Shown here: one piece after another, positions 43,863 through 52,862 of the stretch | Position numbering within the stretch: the stretch's first letter is position 1 | How the letters are laid out: each line of letters begins with the position of its first letter | Origin: a virus | Lineage: Duplodnaviria; Caudoviricetes | Virus record (IMG/VR): IMGVR_UViG_3300044807_000061 | Coordinates: 1 to 53,374 of that record | Strand: one strand, 5' to 3' | Length of the DNA stretch: 53,374 nt | The notes under the pieces: model-generated | The model's database searches: none | Seen by the model: the letters and a program-made list of their open reading frames with translations, nothing else | What the model was told of the DNA's origin: nothing | Made by a program: the position numbers and the translations under genes

Positions 43863-45397
43863 CCGCCGATCCCCTCGACGCGCCACCCGCCGCGCTCCCC
43901 TTCGGCCCCGGGCATCCGCTGTGGCTCACCGACGACGAGATCACACTGCTCACCGACGACGAATACGGCGTCTACTGCGACATCCTCCGCGCCGAAGCAG
44001 AAGGCCTCGGCGCCCCCATCGAAGGCTCCCCTGGGCAGCTCGCTGATGAGCTCGGCGGCGCCGACCTCCACCCCCGGCACCTCCGCCTCGTCGACGACGC
44101 GTACATGCGGATGGAACGCGGCGAGGTCAAACGCACCCTGATCGTGATGCCGCCGCAGCACGGCAAGACCACCCGAACACGCTGGGGCAGCCTGCACCGG
44201 TGCAAGAACAAGCCTGAGCACCGGATCGTCGTCGCCTCAGCCGAGCTCGACCTCGCCCGCGAACACACCCGCTGGGTCCGGAACAAGCTCGAAGAGAACA
44301 CCATCCGGCTCGGCCTCAACACCGCCCGCGACCGCCGCAGCGCCCGCGCCTGGGACCTCGAAGGGCACCGCGGCGGCATGTACGCCGTCGGGATCGGCGG
44401 TGCCCTCACCGGCCGCCCCGCCGACCTCCTCGTCCTCGACGACCCCGTCAAGGAGTCCAAGGCCGTCGAGACCGTCGAGCAGCGCAACGCCATGTGGACC
44501 TGGTTCACCGAGGTCGCCCTCACCCGCCTCGCCCCCGGCGGGCAGGTCGTCGTCATCATGACCCGCTGGCACGAGGACGACATCGCCGGCCGCATCCTCA
44601 AAGGGCAGGAGGGGTCCGACTGGCTCGTTCTGCACCTCCCCGCGATCTGCGACGACCCCCCGAATGATCTCCTCGACCGGGAGAAGGGCGAGGTGCTGTG
44701 GCCGGGCCGGTACGACCTGGGCGAGATCGAAGGGAAGCGGAAGAGCCTCGGTAGCCGCAGCTTCGCCGCGCTCTATCAGGGCCGGCCGGTGCCGCCCGGC
44801 GGGACGCTGCTGCAGCGGCACTGGTTCCATCAGGAGCAGGACTGGCCCCGGGCCGGGAAGGCACTCCGGTACATCGACTTCGCCGCGACCAGCGCGGATG
44901 AGGGCGGCGATCCGGACTGGACCGTCGCGGCGCTCGTCGCGCTCCATGAGGGGCGCTGGTGGATCCTCGACATCGAGCGGTGGCGGGAGAGTCCACACGG
45001 GCAGAAGCAGCGGCTCATCGCGCTGCGGAACCAGGACGGCCGCAACATCCCGATCCGGGCCGAGCAGGAACCGGGGTCGAGCGGGAAGCTGTTCGTGTAC
45101 GACCTCGCGACGACGGTCTACGCCGGCTATGACTTCCGGGCCAAGACGAGCACTGGCAGCAAGCTGCTCCGGGCGGGTCCGATGCTCGCGGCGGCGGAGG
45201 CGGGGAACGTGACGCTCCTCGATGACGGGACGGGCGACTGGGTGAGCGACTTCCTCGCTGAGGCGGAGTCGTTCCCGTTCGGCAGCCACGACGACCAGAT
45301 CGACGCTGTCGCCGGTGCGATGGCGTGGCTGACGGGCCCGGTGGATGAGCAGCTGGTGCAGCGGGGACGTTGGTCGCAGACGCGGTCGCGTCGCTGA
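43859..45397 (+). CDS. terL: Terminase large subunit
   Basis: MPPQHGKT, LTGRPADLLVLDDPVK, MTRWHEDD, LYQGRP, YIDFA, HDDQIDA. Confidence 0.96.
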   Translation: MTADPLDAPPAALPFGPGHPLWLTDDEITLLTDDEYGVYCDILRAEAEGLGAPIEGSPGQLADELGGADLHPRHLRLVDDAYMRMERGEVKRTLIVMPPQHGKTTRTRWGSLHRCKNKPEHRIVVASAELDLAREHTRWVRNKLEENTIRLGLNTARDRRSARAWDLEGHRGGMYAVGIGGALTGRPADLLVLDDPVKESKAVETVEQRNAMWTWFTEVALTRLAPGGQVVVIMTRWHEDDIAGRILKGQEGSDWLVLHLPAICDDPPNDLLDREKGEVLWPGRYDLGEIEGKRKSLGSRSFAALYQGRPVPPGGTLLQRHWFHQEQDWPRAGKALRYIDFAATSADEGGDPDWTVAALVALHEGRWWILDIERWRESPHGQKQRLIALRNQDGRNIPIRAEQEPGSSGKLFVYDLATTVYAGYDFRAKTSTGSKLLRAGPMLAAAEAGNVTLLDDGTGDWVSDFLAEAESFPFGSHDDQIDAVAGAMAWLTGPVDEQLVQRGRWSQTRSRR

Positions 45398-45446
45398 CCG
45401 ACCGCATGCTGTGCGGCGTCACGATGATCGGATTCGAGGAGGAACG

Positions 45447-45563
45447 GTGCCCACTGCGAAGCAGAAGGCGAAGCTGCCGCCAGGGTTGCTGAAGGCGATC
45501 AGCAAGGGCAAGACGGGGGCGGTGAAGAAGTCGGCCGCGAAGAAGGGGAAGCGCGGCAGGTAG
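45447..45563 (+). CDS. Very basic 38-aa peptide
   Basis: RBS gaggagga; MPTAKQKAKLPPGLLKAISKGKTGAVKKSAAKKGKRGR. Confidence 0.6.
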   Translation: MPTAKQKAKLPPGLLKAISKGKTGAVKKSAAKKGKRGR

Positions 45564-45606
45564 GGCGGTCGGGCGCGGCGGCGAGGGGTTGGTGCTGCTG
45601 CGCCCG

Positions 45607-45631
45607 TACCGTGTCCCGCGTGACACAGGAC
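45607..45631 (+). promoter_or_regulatory. -10 (TACCGT) plus GTCC-N11-GGAC
   Basis: taccgt-gtcc-cgcgtgacaca-ggac; GTG 45620 lies 7 nt after the -10. Confidence 0.65.
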
Positions 45632-45916
45632 GCGCCCATCAGCTACCCGCCCCTCGTCATGGTCGAGTGGGTGGACGCGACCAACGTCGCGGAGTGGGTC
45701 CCCCTGGACGAGGTCAGCGACTGGGCGAGCTGCGGCGGATGGGTCTGCCGCAACGTCGGCTATCTCGTGCACGAGGACGACGAGTGTGTCGTCCTCGCCG
45801 CGCGCATCGCCCTCGCGGCGGAGCCCGTTCAGGTCGGACTGTTCGAGCGCATCCCGAAGGCCATCATCTCTGGCCGCTGGACGCTGACCGCGCCAGGTCA
45901 CGCAGCGGTGGCCTGA
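45620..45916 (+). CDS. Hypothetical protein
   Basis: VEWVDA...C.NVGYLV.EDD..VVLA...IPK..I. Confidence 0.7.
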   Translation: MTQDAPISYPPLVMVEWVDATNVAEWVPLDEVSDWASCGGWVCRNVGYLVHEDDECVVLAARIALAAEPVQVGLFERIPKAIISGRWTLTAPGHAAVA

Positions 45917-45919
45917 GCC

Positions 45920-46267
45920 GTGTACGTCGACGCGCTCTACCACTGGAGCCCCCGAGAGCGGCGCAAGCGGATCACCCGCCACGGCCTCCTGCCACGGCGG
46001 GCCCTCACCTGCAGCAGCGGCAGCGACGACGAACCCGAATGGCGCCAGCCGGCTGTCTGCCTGTCGAGCGCACCGTCGACCGCCTGGGGACTGTCCGGCG
46101 GGATCTTCGGACAGCCCGGTCAGGTCTGGGACCTCTGGCAGATCCGTCTCCACCCTGACGACGCGGTCCACACCGTCCCGACCTGGGGTGCGCTGATCCA
46201 GGAGTTCCGCGTCGCCAACCGCATCCCTAAGTCCCGCTGCTGGTGGGTCGCCGAGAGGACCGTCTGA
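45920..46267 (+). CDS. Possible ADP-ribosyltransferase-fold protein
   Basis: LYHWS......I..HGL.P...VCLS...EFRV..RIP. Confidence 0.45.
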   Translation: MYVDALYHWSPRERRKRITRHGLLPRRALTCSSGSDDEPEWRQPAVCLSSAPSTAWGLSGGIFGQPGQVWDLWQIRLHPDDAVHTVPTWGALIQEFRVANRIPKSRCWWVAERTV

Positions 46268-46269
46268 CC

Positions 46270-48006
46270 GTGCGCACCTTCATCCAGGACCAGTGGGCAC
46301 CGCTGTCGCATAAGACCGCCGCGTTCGGTGACGGCACCCAACGACCAGGCGGCCCCAGCTGGGTCCCGCCCGAGGAGACCCGGCGCCTGTCCGCCTACGA
46401 CGTCCTCGCGGCCTACTGCAACAACGTCAGCCGCTACTACCTCCCCCTCGACTTCACCGACCCGCAGATCGCGAAGTACCGCGAGTACGGCGACGCCCAC
46501 CGGCTCGTCCTCGCCGCCCGCAGCGCGCTCCTCGGTGACGAGCAGGCCATCCACGTTCCCGGCACCGAAGAGGACGACGTCCCCGAAGGTCAGGCGCAGC
46601 CTCCGGAGGTCCTGCGGGCGCAGGCCGCGAAGGCCTACCTCGACAGCTGGGCCATCGCGGAGCGGCTGTGGCTGGAGCTGCTCGATGCGGAGTACGACAC
46701 GCTGCGGCTCGGCGACGGCGTCTGGACCCTCTACTGGGACGCGGAGAAGAAGCGCCCGCGGATCGTCACGTACGACCCGGGGTTCTACTTCCCGGTCCTG
46801 GAGAGCGGCAACGGCGACTTCCCCGACAAGCTGCATGTGGCGTGGGAGGAGAAGCTCCCGGGCGCCGGGAAGATCGAGATCCACCGGCTGACGTGGGAGC
46901 TCGCACGGATCCGGCCGGCGCTGGACCCGGCAAGGGACGTCGGCACGCTCGCTTACCTGTACAGCAATGATGGGACGCCGGTTCTGATGGACGGCGACAC
47001 GTACAGTCCCGCCACCGGGATCCAGCGGCAGTACCCGTGGAACGTCGACGAGAAGGGCGAGCCGGTCCGGTCCGGTGTCACGTGCTTCTTCACGCACGCC
47101 GTGTTCGACGCCAGCAAGACCAAGGGCACGCTGATCGACTTCACCGAGCCGATCCGGTACGAGCGGGGCGCGCACAAGCGGGATCTGCGCCTGGACTTCC
47201 TGCCAGCCGTGCACGTCCCGAACACCCCGGCCCGGCGGGAGCACTTCGGCCAGTCGCTGCTGCTGCACCCCGCCCAGGGCCTCGATGACCTGAACGGCAC
47301 CCACTCCGACCTCGCCGAGAGCGGCGCGCTCGTCGGGAACGCGACCCTCGTCACGAAGGGCGCCCCCGGCGACCTCGAGCTCGGGCAGCCCGGGTCGCAC
47401 CTGAACCTCCCCGACGGCGGTGATGCCCGCTACCTCGACGTCAGCAAGAACCTCGACGCGCTCCTGAAGCTCGAAGACCGGCAGCGCGCCATCGTCAGCG
47501 AGAACAGCCGGATCAGCCCCGCGACGCTCGGCCGGACCGACGGTGCGAACAGCGTCAGCGGCCTCGCCCTCGCCCTGTCGTTCTCCCCCACTTCCGAGCT
47601 CGTCCGGGAGCTGCGGATGGTCCGGAACGCGAAGTACCCGCTGCTGCTGCGGATGGTGCTGCGGATGGCGCAGGCCGCGAAGCAGCTCGACCCTGGTGCG
47701 ACGCCGCCGGCGGAGATCGTGTGGGGCTCGTTCCTGCCGGCCGACAAGCAGCAGGCCGTCACGCTCGTGTCGGCGGCCATCAAGGGCCGCGCGATGAGCA
47801 CCCACACCGGCGTGCTCTATCTGCAGGCACAGGGCTTCCCGATCGACGATGCGGTCGCGGAGGTGACGCGGATCCAGAAGGAGAACATGGAGGCCGCGAA
47901 GCTGCTGTGGGACGCGACCGGCGACGAGACGGCAGTCGCGACGTACCTGGGGATCGACCTCAGCGGCGCACCGACCCGCACCAACCCGCCCGCTCCGCCG
48001 GCGTAG
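46270..48006 (+). CDS. Portal protein
   Basis: 578 aa between terminase and scaffold; LGDGV...YDPGFYFP...VHVPN.....HFGQS...SGLALAL. Confidence 0.88.
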   Translation: MRTFIQDQWAPLSHKTAAFGDGTQRPGGPSWVPPEETRRLSAYDVLAAYCNNVSRYYLPLDFTDPQIAKYREYGDAHRLVLAARSALLGDEQAIHVPGTEEDDVPEGQAQPPEVLRAQAAKAYLDSWAIAERLWLELLDAEYDTLRLGDGVWTLYWDAEKKRPRIVTYDPGFYFPVLESGNGDFPDKLHVAWEEKLPGAGKIEIHRLTWELARIRPALDPARDVGTLAYLYSNDGTPVLMDGDTYSPATGIQRQYPWNVDEKGEPVRSGVTCFFTHAVFDASKTKGTLIDFTEPIRYERGAHKRDLRLDFLPAVHVPNTPARREHFGQSLLLHPAQGLDDLNGTHSDLAESGALVGNATLVTKGAPGDLELGQPGSHLNLPDGGDARYLDVSKNLDALLKLEDRQRAIVSENSRISPATLGRTDGANSVSGLALALSFSPTSELVRELRMVRNAKYPLLLRMVLRMAQAAKQLDPGATPPAEIVWGSFLPADKQQAVTLVSAAIKGRAMSTHTGVLYLQAQGFPIDDAVAEVTRIQKENMEAAKLLWDATGDETAVATYLGIDLSGAPTRTNPPAPPA

Positions 48007-48036
48007 CGCGTCCGGGCGTGTTCCTACGCTGCGGCC

Positions 48037-48822
48037 ATGCTGAAGCGCCCCGTCCTCGCCCAGGCCCTACCCGCGCCGCTGCTCGTCAACGGCCTCACCA
48101 TCGGCGAACTCCTCGCGTCGAAGCGTGAGCAGTTCGGCGGCGCCCGGATGGGACCCGACGACGACAAGACGTTCACGCAGGACGACGTGAACCGGCTGAC
48201 CGCGGAGGCCCGTGACCGCGGGAAGCGAGAGGCCGCCACCGGCGCATCCGAGGAGGCGAAGCGGGAGGCGCACCGCGACTTCCTCAAGGCCGCCGGTCTG
48301 CCCGAGGACACCAAGCCTGAGGACGTCGGGAAGGCGCTGAAGGCCGCCCGCGACAAGGAGCTCGAGCAGCTCGGCGAGGTCGAGCGTGCGAAGCGGGAGG
48401 CCGACGATGCGAAGGCTGAGCTGCAGCGGGAACGGGACTCGGCGGCGCAGCGCGAGACGGAGCGGGCGGCGGAGCAGTTCGAGGAGCGCCTCACGAACCT
48501 GATCGAGAAGGCCGGTGCCGGCGCCCAGCATGAGCAGGACGCCGACAAGAAGGCGAAGGAGGTCGCGCGGGTCCGGAAGCTGCTGTCGGTGGATGTGAAG
48601 GTCGGCGCTGACAGCGACGCGATCCGCAAGGCCATCGACGAGGTGAAGGTGGAGTACCCGGAGCTGTTCCCGACCGGCGACGGCGAGGGCGGTGGGCTGC
48701 CGGATGGGCGGCCAGGCAGCGGTCCGGGCACGCAGCGGCAGGCGCCGAAGAGCAAGGTCGCGGAGGGCAAGGCCAAGGCCATCGCGATCGGCTGGACGAA
48801 ACCCGACGCGCAGGCCTCCTAG
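48037..48822 (+). CDS. Scaffolding protein
   Basis: KTFTQDDVNR, charged coiled coil, YPELF; -10 TACGCT 6 nt before ATG; alternative start 48148. Confidence 0.85.
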   Translation: MLKRPVLAQALPAPLLVNGLTIGELLASKREQFGGARMGPDDDKTFTQDDVNRLTAEARDRGKREAATGASEEAKREAHRDFLKAAGLPEDTKPEDVGKALKAARDKELEQLGEVERAKREADDAKAELQRERDSAAQRETERAAEQFEERLTNLIEKAGAGAQHEQDADKKAKEVARVRKLLSVDVKVGADSDAIRKAIDEVKVEYPELFPTGDGEGGGLPDGRPGSGPGTQRQAPKSKVAEGKAKAIAIGWTKPDAQAS

Positions 48823-48842
48823 CCGCGCTCGACACGCCGAGC

Positions 48843-48869
48843 GTCCTCTGTCCTGCTGCACGCTGCACA
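48843..48869 (+). promoter_or_regulatory. Variant late element (GTCC-N11-GCAC, -10 CACGCT)
   Basis: 24/27 identical to the reverse complement of 15084-15110. Confidence 0.55.
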
Positions 48870-48906
48870 CAGGTGTGCGTAACCTGTGGAACCAACAGCG
48901 ACTGCG

Positions 48907-48991
48907 GCTGAGACAGCAGGCGACGGCAGGAACCTTCTGACCGTGGGACCACCGAGCAGCACCGGACCCCCACGACAGGACGGATCCCATG
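48907..48991 (+). ncRNA. Putative structured 5' leader (copy 2) of the decoration/capsid genes
   Basis: Same geometry as 4329-4426 with compensatory changes. Confidence 0.6.
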
Positions 48992-49687
48992 GACCTCTCC
49001 CCGCAGAGCACGACCGTCACGACCCTCGAGAACCGTGACTGGCTCGGCTCGGCCCACGGCACCGAGTCGACGGACACCATCACCCTCGACCTCGCCCTGT
49101 TCACCGAGGCGGTCCACTACCCCAACGGGGAGATCCTCTCCGGGACGGTGCTCGCGAAGAAGACCAGCTCCGGTCTGTACGGCCCGTACTCCGGGACGAC
49201 GGAGGAGGTCCAGACCATCACCGAGGGCGGCTCCGGCCTCACCTCCTACGTCCTGCACTTCGACGGTCAGGACACCGCCGCCATCGCCGCTGCCGCGACG
49301 GCCGCGCAGGTCCGGACGGCCCTCGAGGCGCTGAGCAACATCGCGCCGGGCGACGTCACGGTCACCGGCTCAGCGAGCGGCCCCTACACGGTGACGTTCG
49401 GCGGCCAGTACCTCAACACCAACGTGCCCGCCATGACGGCGACCCCGACCGGCGGGTCCGGGACGGTCACCATCGCGACCTTCACCGCCGGTGGCGCCGA
49501 GGGCAGCAGCGACGGGCTGCAGGTCGCCAAGGGGCACCTGTTCAGCGTCATCCAGGTCCGGAACCCCGCCGGAAAGGCCGGTGCGGCGCTGCTGCGCCAC
49601 GGCAAGGTCCGGGTCGCGAAGCTGCCGCCGAACAGCGGCTACGACCCGGCGGTCAACGCCGACGTCCCCAACATCATCTACATCTGA
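48989..49687 (+). CDS. Head decoration protein with inserted domain
   Basis: WLGSAHG...GTVLAK...GLYGPY...DG.....GHL...LRHG; about 100-aa insert starting EVQTIT. Confidence 0.75.
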   Translation: MDLSPQSTTVTTLENRDWLGSAHGTESTDTITLDLALFTEAVHYPNGEILSGTVLAKKTSSGLYGPYSGTTEEVQTITEGGSGLTSYVLHFDGQDTAAIAAAATAAQVRTALEALSNIAPGDVTVTGSASGPYTVTFGGQYLNTNVPAMTATPTGGSGTVTIATFTAGGAEGSSDGLQVAKGHLFSVIQVRNPAGKAGAALLRHGKVRVAKLPPNSGYDPAVNADVPNIIYI

Positions 49688-49699
49688 GAGGCCTGACTC

Positions 49700-50725
49700 A
49701 TGCTGGTTACCGACCTCACAGACCTGGCGATCCTCACGGGGGCTGTCCGGGAGATCGACCCGCCGGTCGACTACACGCTCAACGGGCTGCTGCCCGACGA
49801 CACCATCAACGACGTCGAGTACAGCACCCGGAAGAGCACCGTCAGCCGCGGCGAGGCCGAGTTCCGCGCGTACGACGCGGAGACGCCGATCGGGCGCCGC
49901 CGCGCGACCGTCACGACCGGCCGGCAGCTGCTCCCGCCGCTGGGGACCAAGTTCCTCATCGGCGAGTCCGAGCGGCTCGCGCTGCAGCGCGCCCAGGGCA
50001 TGAACACGCAGGCCCTCGAGAACAGCATCTACGACGACGCGAAGTCCGGTGTCATCGGGATCCGCCGCCGCATGGAGCGGGCCCGCGCGCAGGTCCTCTA
50101 CACGGGGAAGTTCACCCTCGTCGACGAGAACGAGCTCACCCTCGAGGCCGACTTCCTGGTCGACCCCGACAACCTCGACGTCGAGCCGGCCACGCCGCTG
50201 TCCGACCCGGACCTCGACCTGTACGGCTTCTTCGAGACGCTGATCGAGCAGTACCGCGACAGCAACATCGGTGGGCAGGCCCCAGGCCGCTTCACGACGT
50301 CGCGCCGCGCGGTCAACGCGATGCGCGCGAACAAGCAGGTCATCCGGAGCATCTTCGGGCCCCTCGCGACCGAGGGGAACGTGACGGTCTCGCAGCTGTC
50401 GCAGGCGTTCGTCGACAACGACTTCCCGCCGATCAGCCAGTACAACACGCGGGTCGACGGGGAGTACCTCATCCCGACCGACCGGATGATCATCACCCCG
50501 ACGGACCCGCGGGACCTGGGCCGGACGGTGTGGGGCATCACCGCGGAGTCGCTCGAGCTCGTCGGGTCCAACGCGGTCGACATGACGCTCGCCGACGCTC
50601 CCGGGATCGTGGCGGTCACCCTGAAGGAGGGTGACCCGGTGCGGATCTGGACGAAGAGCGCCGCGGTCGGCATGCCGGCGCTCGACGACCCGACCCTGCT
50701 CATGACGGCGAAGCTGTTCGGCTGA
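49700..50725 (+). CDS. Major capsid protein (lambda gpE-like family)
   Basis: AEFRAYDAETPIG...LPPLG.K...R.E.AR.QVL.TGK...DPV.IWT...GMP. Confidence 0.92.
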   Translation: MLVTDLTDLAILTGAVREIDPPVDYTLNGLLPDDTINDVEYSTRKSTVSRGEAEFRAYDAETPIGRRRATVTTGRQLLPPLGTKFLIGESERLALQRAQGMNTQALENSIYDDAKSGVIGIRRRMERARAQVLYTGKFTLVDENELTLEADFLVDPDNLDVEPATPLSDPDLDLYGFFETLIEQYRDSNIGGQAPGRFTTSRRAVNAMRANKQVIRSIFGPLATEGNVTVSQLSQAFVDNDFPPISQYNTRVDGEYLIPTDRMIITPTDPRDLGRTVWGITAESLELVGSNAVDMTLADAPGIVAVTLKEGDPVRIWTKSAAVGMPALDDPTLLMTAKLFG

Positions 50726-51129
50726 TGCGGACGGCAGCGCGGTCGTTCGTCCTGAGCGACCCGGAGACGTTCGAGTCCCGCTTTGTGAAGCGGGGCGCGG
50801 AGGTCACGGACGCGCAGGCCGAGCGGGTGAGTCCGCATCTGCTGGTGCCGCTGGAGACCGTCCAGGCGCCGGCTACCCCTGCTGCTGCTCCGCCGGTCGA
50901 GCAGGAGAAGCTCGACGAGGCGGAGCGGCAGAAGCAGCTCGCGGAGGCTGACGCGGCGGAGGCGCAGCGACTCGCGAAGGTTCTCGAGGGCAAGGTCGAC
51001 GCGGTCAACGACCACATCACCGAGCACCCGGAGGACCGGGACGCGCTGCTCGCGTTGGAGGCGCAGGCGGAGAAGCCCCGCAGCGGGATCACGGAGGGGC
51101 CGCACGCGGCTCCGCCGGTCGAGCAGTAG
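50725..51129 (+). CDS. Capsid-associated hypothetical protein
   Basis: Coupled to capsid gene; AAPPVEQ occurs twice. Confidence 0.65.
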   Translation: MRTAARSFVLSDPETFESRFVKRGAEVTDAQAERVSPHLLVPLETVQAPATPAAAPPVEQEKLDEAERQKQLAEADAAEAQRLAKVLEGKVDAVNDHITEHPEDRDALLALEAQAEKPRSGITEGPHAAPPVEQ

Positions 51130-51140
51130 GACCAAGGGCG

Positions 51141-51175
51141 CGGCGGCCCGACCAGGGAGCCTGGTCGGGTCGCTG
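51141..51175 (+). terminator. Stem-loop after the capsid operon
   Basis: cggcggcccgaccagg-gag-cctggtcgggtcgctg. Confidence 0.6.
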
Positions 51176-51193
51176 TCATGAGAGGGGCTGGGC

Positions 51194-52072
51194 ATGAGCA
51201 CGACGTTCCGACTGGCTGAGCTGGCCAACGTGCCCGCCGGTCGTTACCGGCTCGACACCGCCGCCGGGTCGACGACGCCGGCGGCGGATCTGTCGCTGAC
51301 GGAGCCGCTGCTGCGGGTGAAGCGGGGCCATCAGCCGGGGCCGGTCCGGTCTTCGACGGGCCGGACGGTGTTGTACGGGAAGCGGCTGGGGGTCCTTGGC
51401 CAGGTGCTCGCGACGGTGACGTTGTCGGCGGACGCGACCATGGCGGAGCCGACGCCGGTGGGTCAGGCGGCGCTGGACGCGGCGGTGAGCACGGCGGTGG
51501 CGGGGTTGGTGAACGGGGCGCCGGGGGCGCTGAACACGCTGGAGGAGCTCGCTGACGCCCTCGGGGATGACGCGAACTATGCGGCGACCGTCGCGGCGGC
51601 GTTGGCGGCGCGGCTCACGACGGTGAGCCACGGCAGCACGGCAGGGACGGCCCGGCCGGCGTCGGCGCTGCCGGTGCTGTGGATCGGGACGGTCGCGCCG
51701 ACGAGCGCGACGGCACGGGACCTGTGGCTGGATGAGACGACGCCGGCGCTGCAGCGCACGGACGGGTCCACCTGGACTGCGCTGGGAGCGGGCACCTCTG
51801 TTGCGTCAACCGTGGTCGCCAAGACAGCCGCCTACGCCGCCGTCAACGGAGATGTCGTCCTGGCCGATGCCAGCGGCGGCGACTTCCCGGTGACGCTGCC
51901 AGTGCCCACGTCTGGCGGGAAGGTGACGGTGAAGAACGTCGGCGCATCCGGCACGGTCACCGTCGCGCCACACGCGGCCGAGAGCGTTGAGGGCACCAGC
52001 AGCTACGCCATCGCCACACAGCACCTGTCCCGCGATTTCCTGTCCGACGGCACCGACTGGTGGGTGGTCTGA
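51194..52072 (+). CDS. Fibre-like virion protein
   Basis: LVNGAPGALNTLEELADALGDDANYAATV fibre-shaft motif; C-terminal KTAAY...DVVLADA.GG.F.VTLP...SDGTDWW. Confidence 0.7.
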   Translation: MSTTFRLAELANVPAGRYRLDTAAGSTTPAADLSLTEPLLRVKRGHQPGPVRSSTGRTVLYGKRLGVLGQVLATVTLSADATMAEPTPVGQAALDAAVSTAVAGLVNGAPGALNTLEELADALGDDANYAATVAAALAARLTTVSHGSTAGTARPASALPVLWIGTVAPTSATARDLWLDETTPALQRTDGSTWTALGAGTSVASTVVAKTAAYAAVNGDVVLADASGGDFPVTLPVPTSGGKVTVKNVGASGTVTVAPHAAESVEGTSSYAIATQHLSRDFLSDGTDWWVV

Positions 52073-52073
52073 G

Positions 52074-52781
52074 ATGTCCTACAGCCCGAACGGCGCGACC
52101 GACATCCGCCTCCCCGACCACTCGTTCGACTACCCCGGCGGCCCTGGATGGCTGATGAGCTGGGAGGTCGAGTGGTCCGGCGGGCGACTGAACATGCCGC
52201 ACAGCCTGCTCGGCCTCCGCACGCTAGAGATGGAGATCAAGCTGCGCGCGGGCGTGATCGACTCCGTGAGCGCCCACGAGGGCGCAGCCGCGACCGTCAT
52301 CGACATCGGACACGCAGCCAACGGCGTCTGGAACGACCAGGCCGGGGACTCCGGGAACGCCAACGGTTCGGTCGTGACGGCAGGTCACTACTCGCTGGTG
52401 GTCTACCTGCCCGGCGAGACCGAGCGGGCTCTGCTTTCCCCTGTACTGCCGGACGGGATGCTGTTCGCGCCGCCAGACTCAGCTGGCGGTTCCCAGCTCG
52501 CATGGATCACCGACAACGGGTCGCGTCGAGCTCTCGCCGCCGGCAGTGAAGAAGGCTCCGCGGTGACGCTCACCGATGCGGCGGCGCTCGCGGGCAGCGG
52601 CAACGGGATCTACTGGCAAGTCGGGGCCGTCGACGGCGACAACACCCAGGGCTTTGTCGTCACTAGCGGCGACAACGGGGCGCACGGCTTGGAATTTCGG
52701 GGCGACGGGGTGCTCAAGATCGACGGCGTGGATGTCCTCGCGGCGATCAGGGCGCGGCTCGACGCCCTTGAGACGCCCTGA
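52074..52781 (+). CDS. Hypothetical protein, possibly fibre-associated
   Basis: Beta-rich; ends in a short coiled coil (AIRARLDALE). Confidence 0.55.
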   Translation: MSYSPNGATDIRLPDHSFDYPGGPGWLMSWEVEWSGGRLNMPHSLLGLRTLEMEIKLRAGVIDSVSAHEGAAATVIDIGHAANGVWNDQAGDSGNANGSVVTAGHYSLVVYLPGETERALLSPVLPDGMLFAPPDSAGGSQLAWITDNGSRRALAAGSEEGSAVTLTDAAALAGSGNGIYWQVGAVDGDNTQGFVVTSGDNGAHGLEFRGDGVLKIDGVDVLAAIRARLDALETP

Positions 52782-52862
52782 CGCGCAAGCAAAGCGCAGG
52801 CTGCTGGATCCGACCCGAGCACATCAGCCGAACGGGTAGATGCGCACGGCAAGTAAGCGGGA

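Noticed and set aside
43213-44046. 277-aa ORF spanning the late promoter
   Set aside because: Runs through a hairpin, a promoter and terL; only the TM segment near 43384 looks coding, so it was not called
50886-51126. Duplicated gctccgccggtcgagcag as a recombination site
   Set aside because: In-frame duplication encoding APPVEQ in a low-complexity protein
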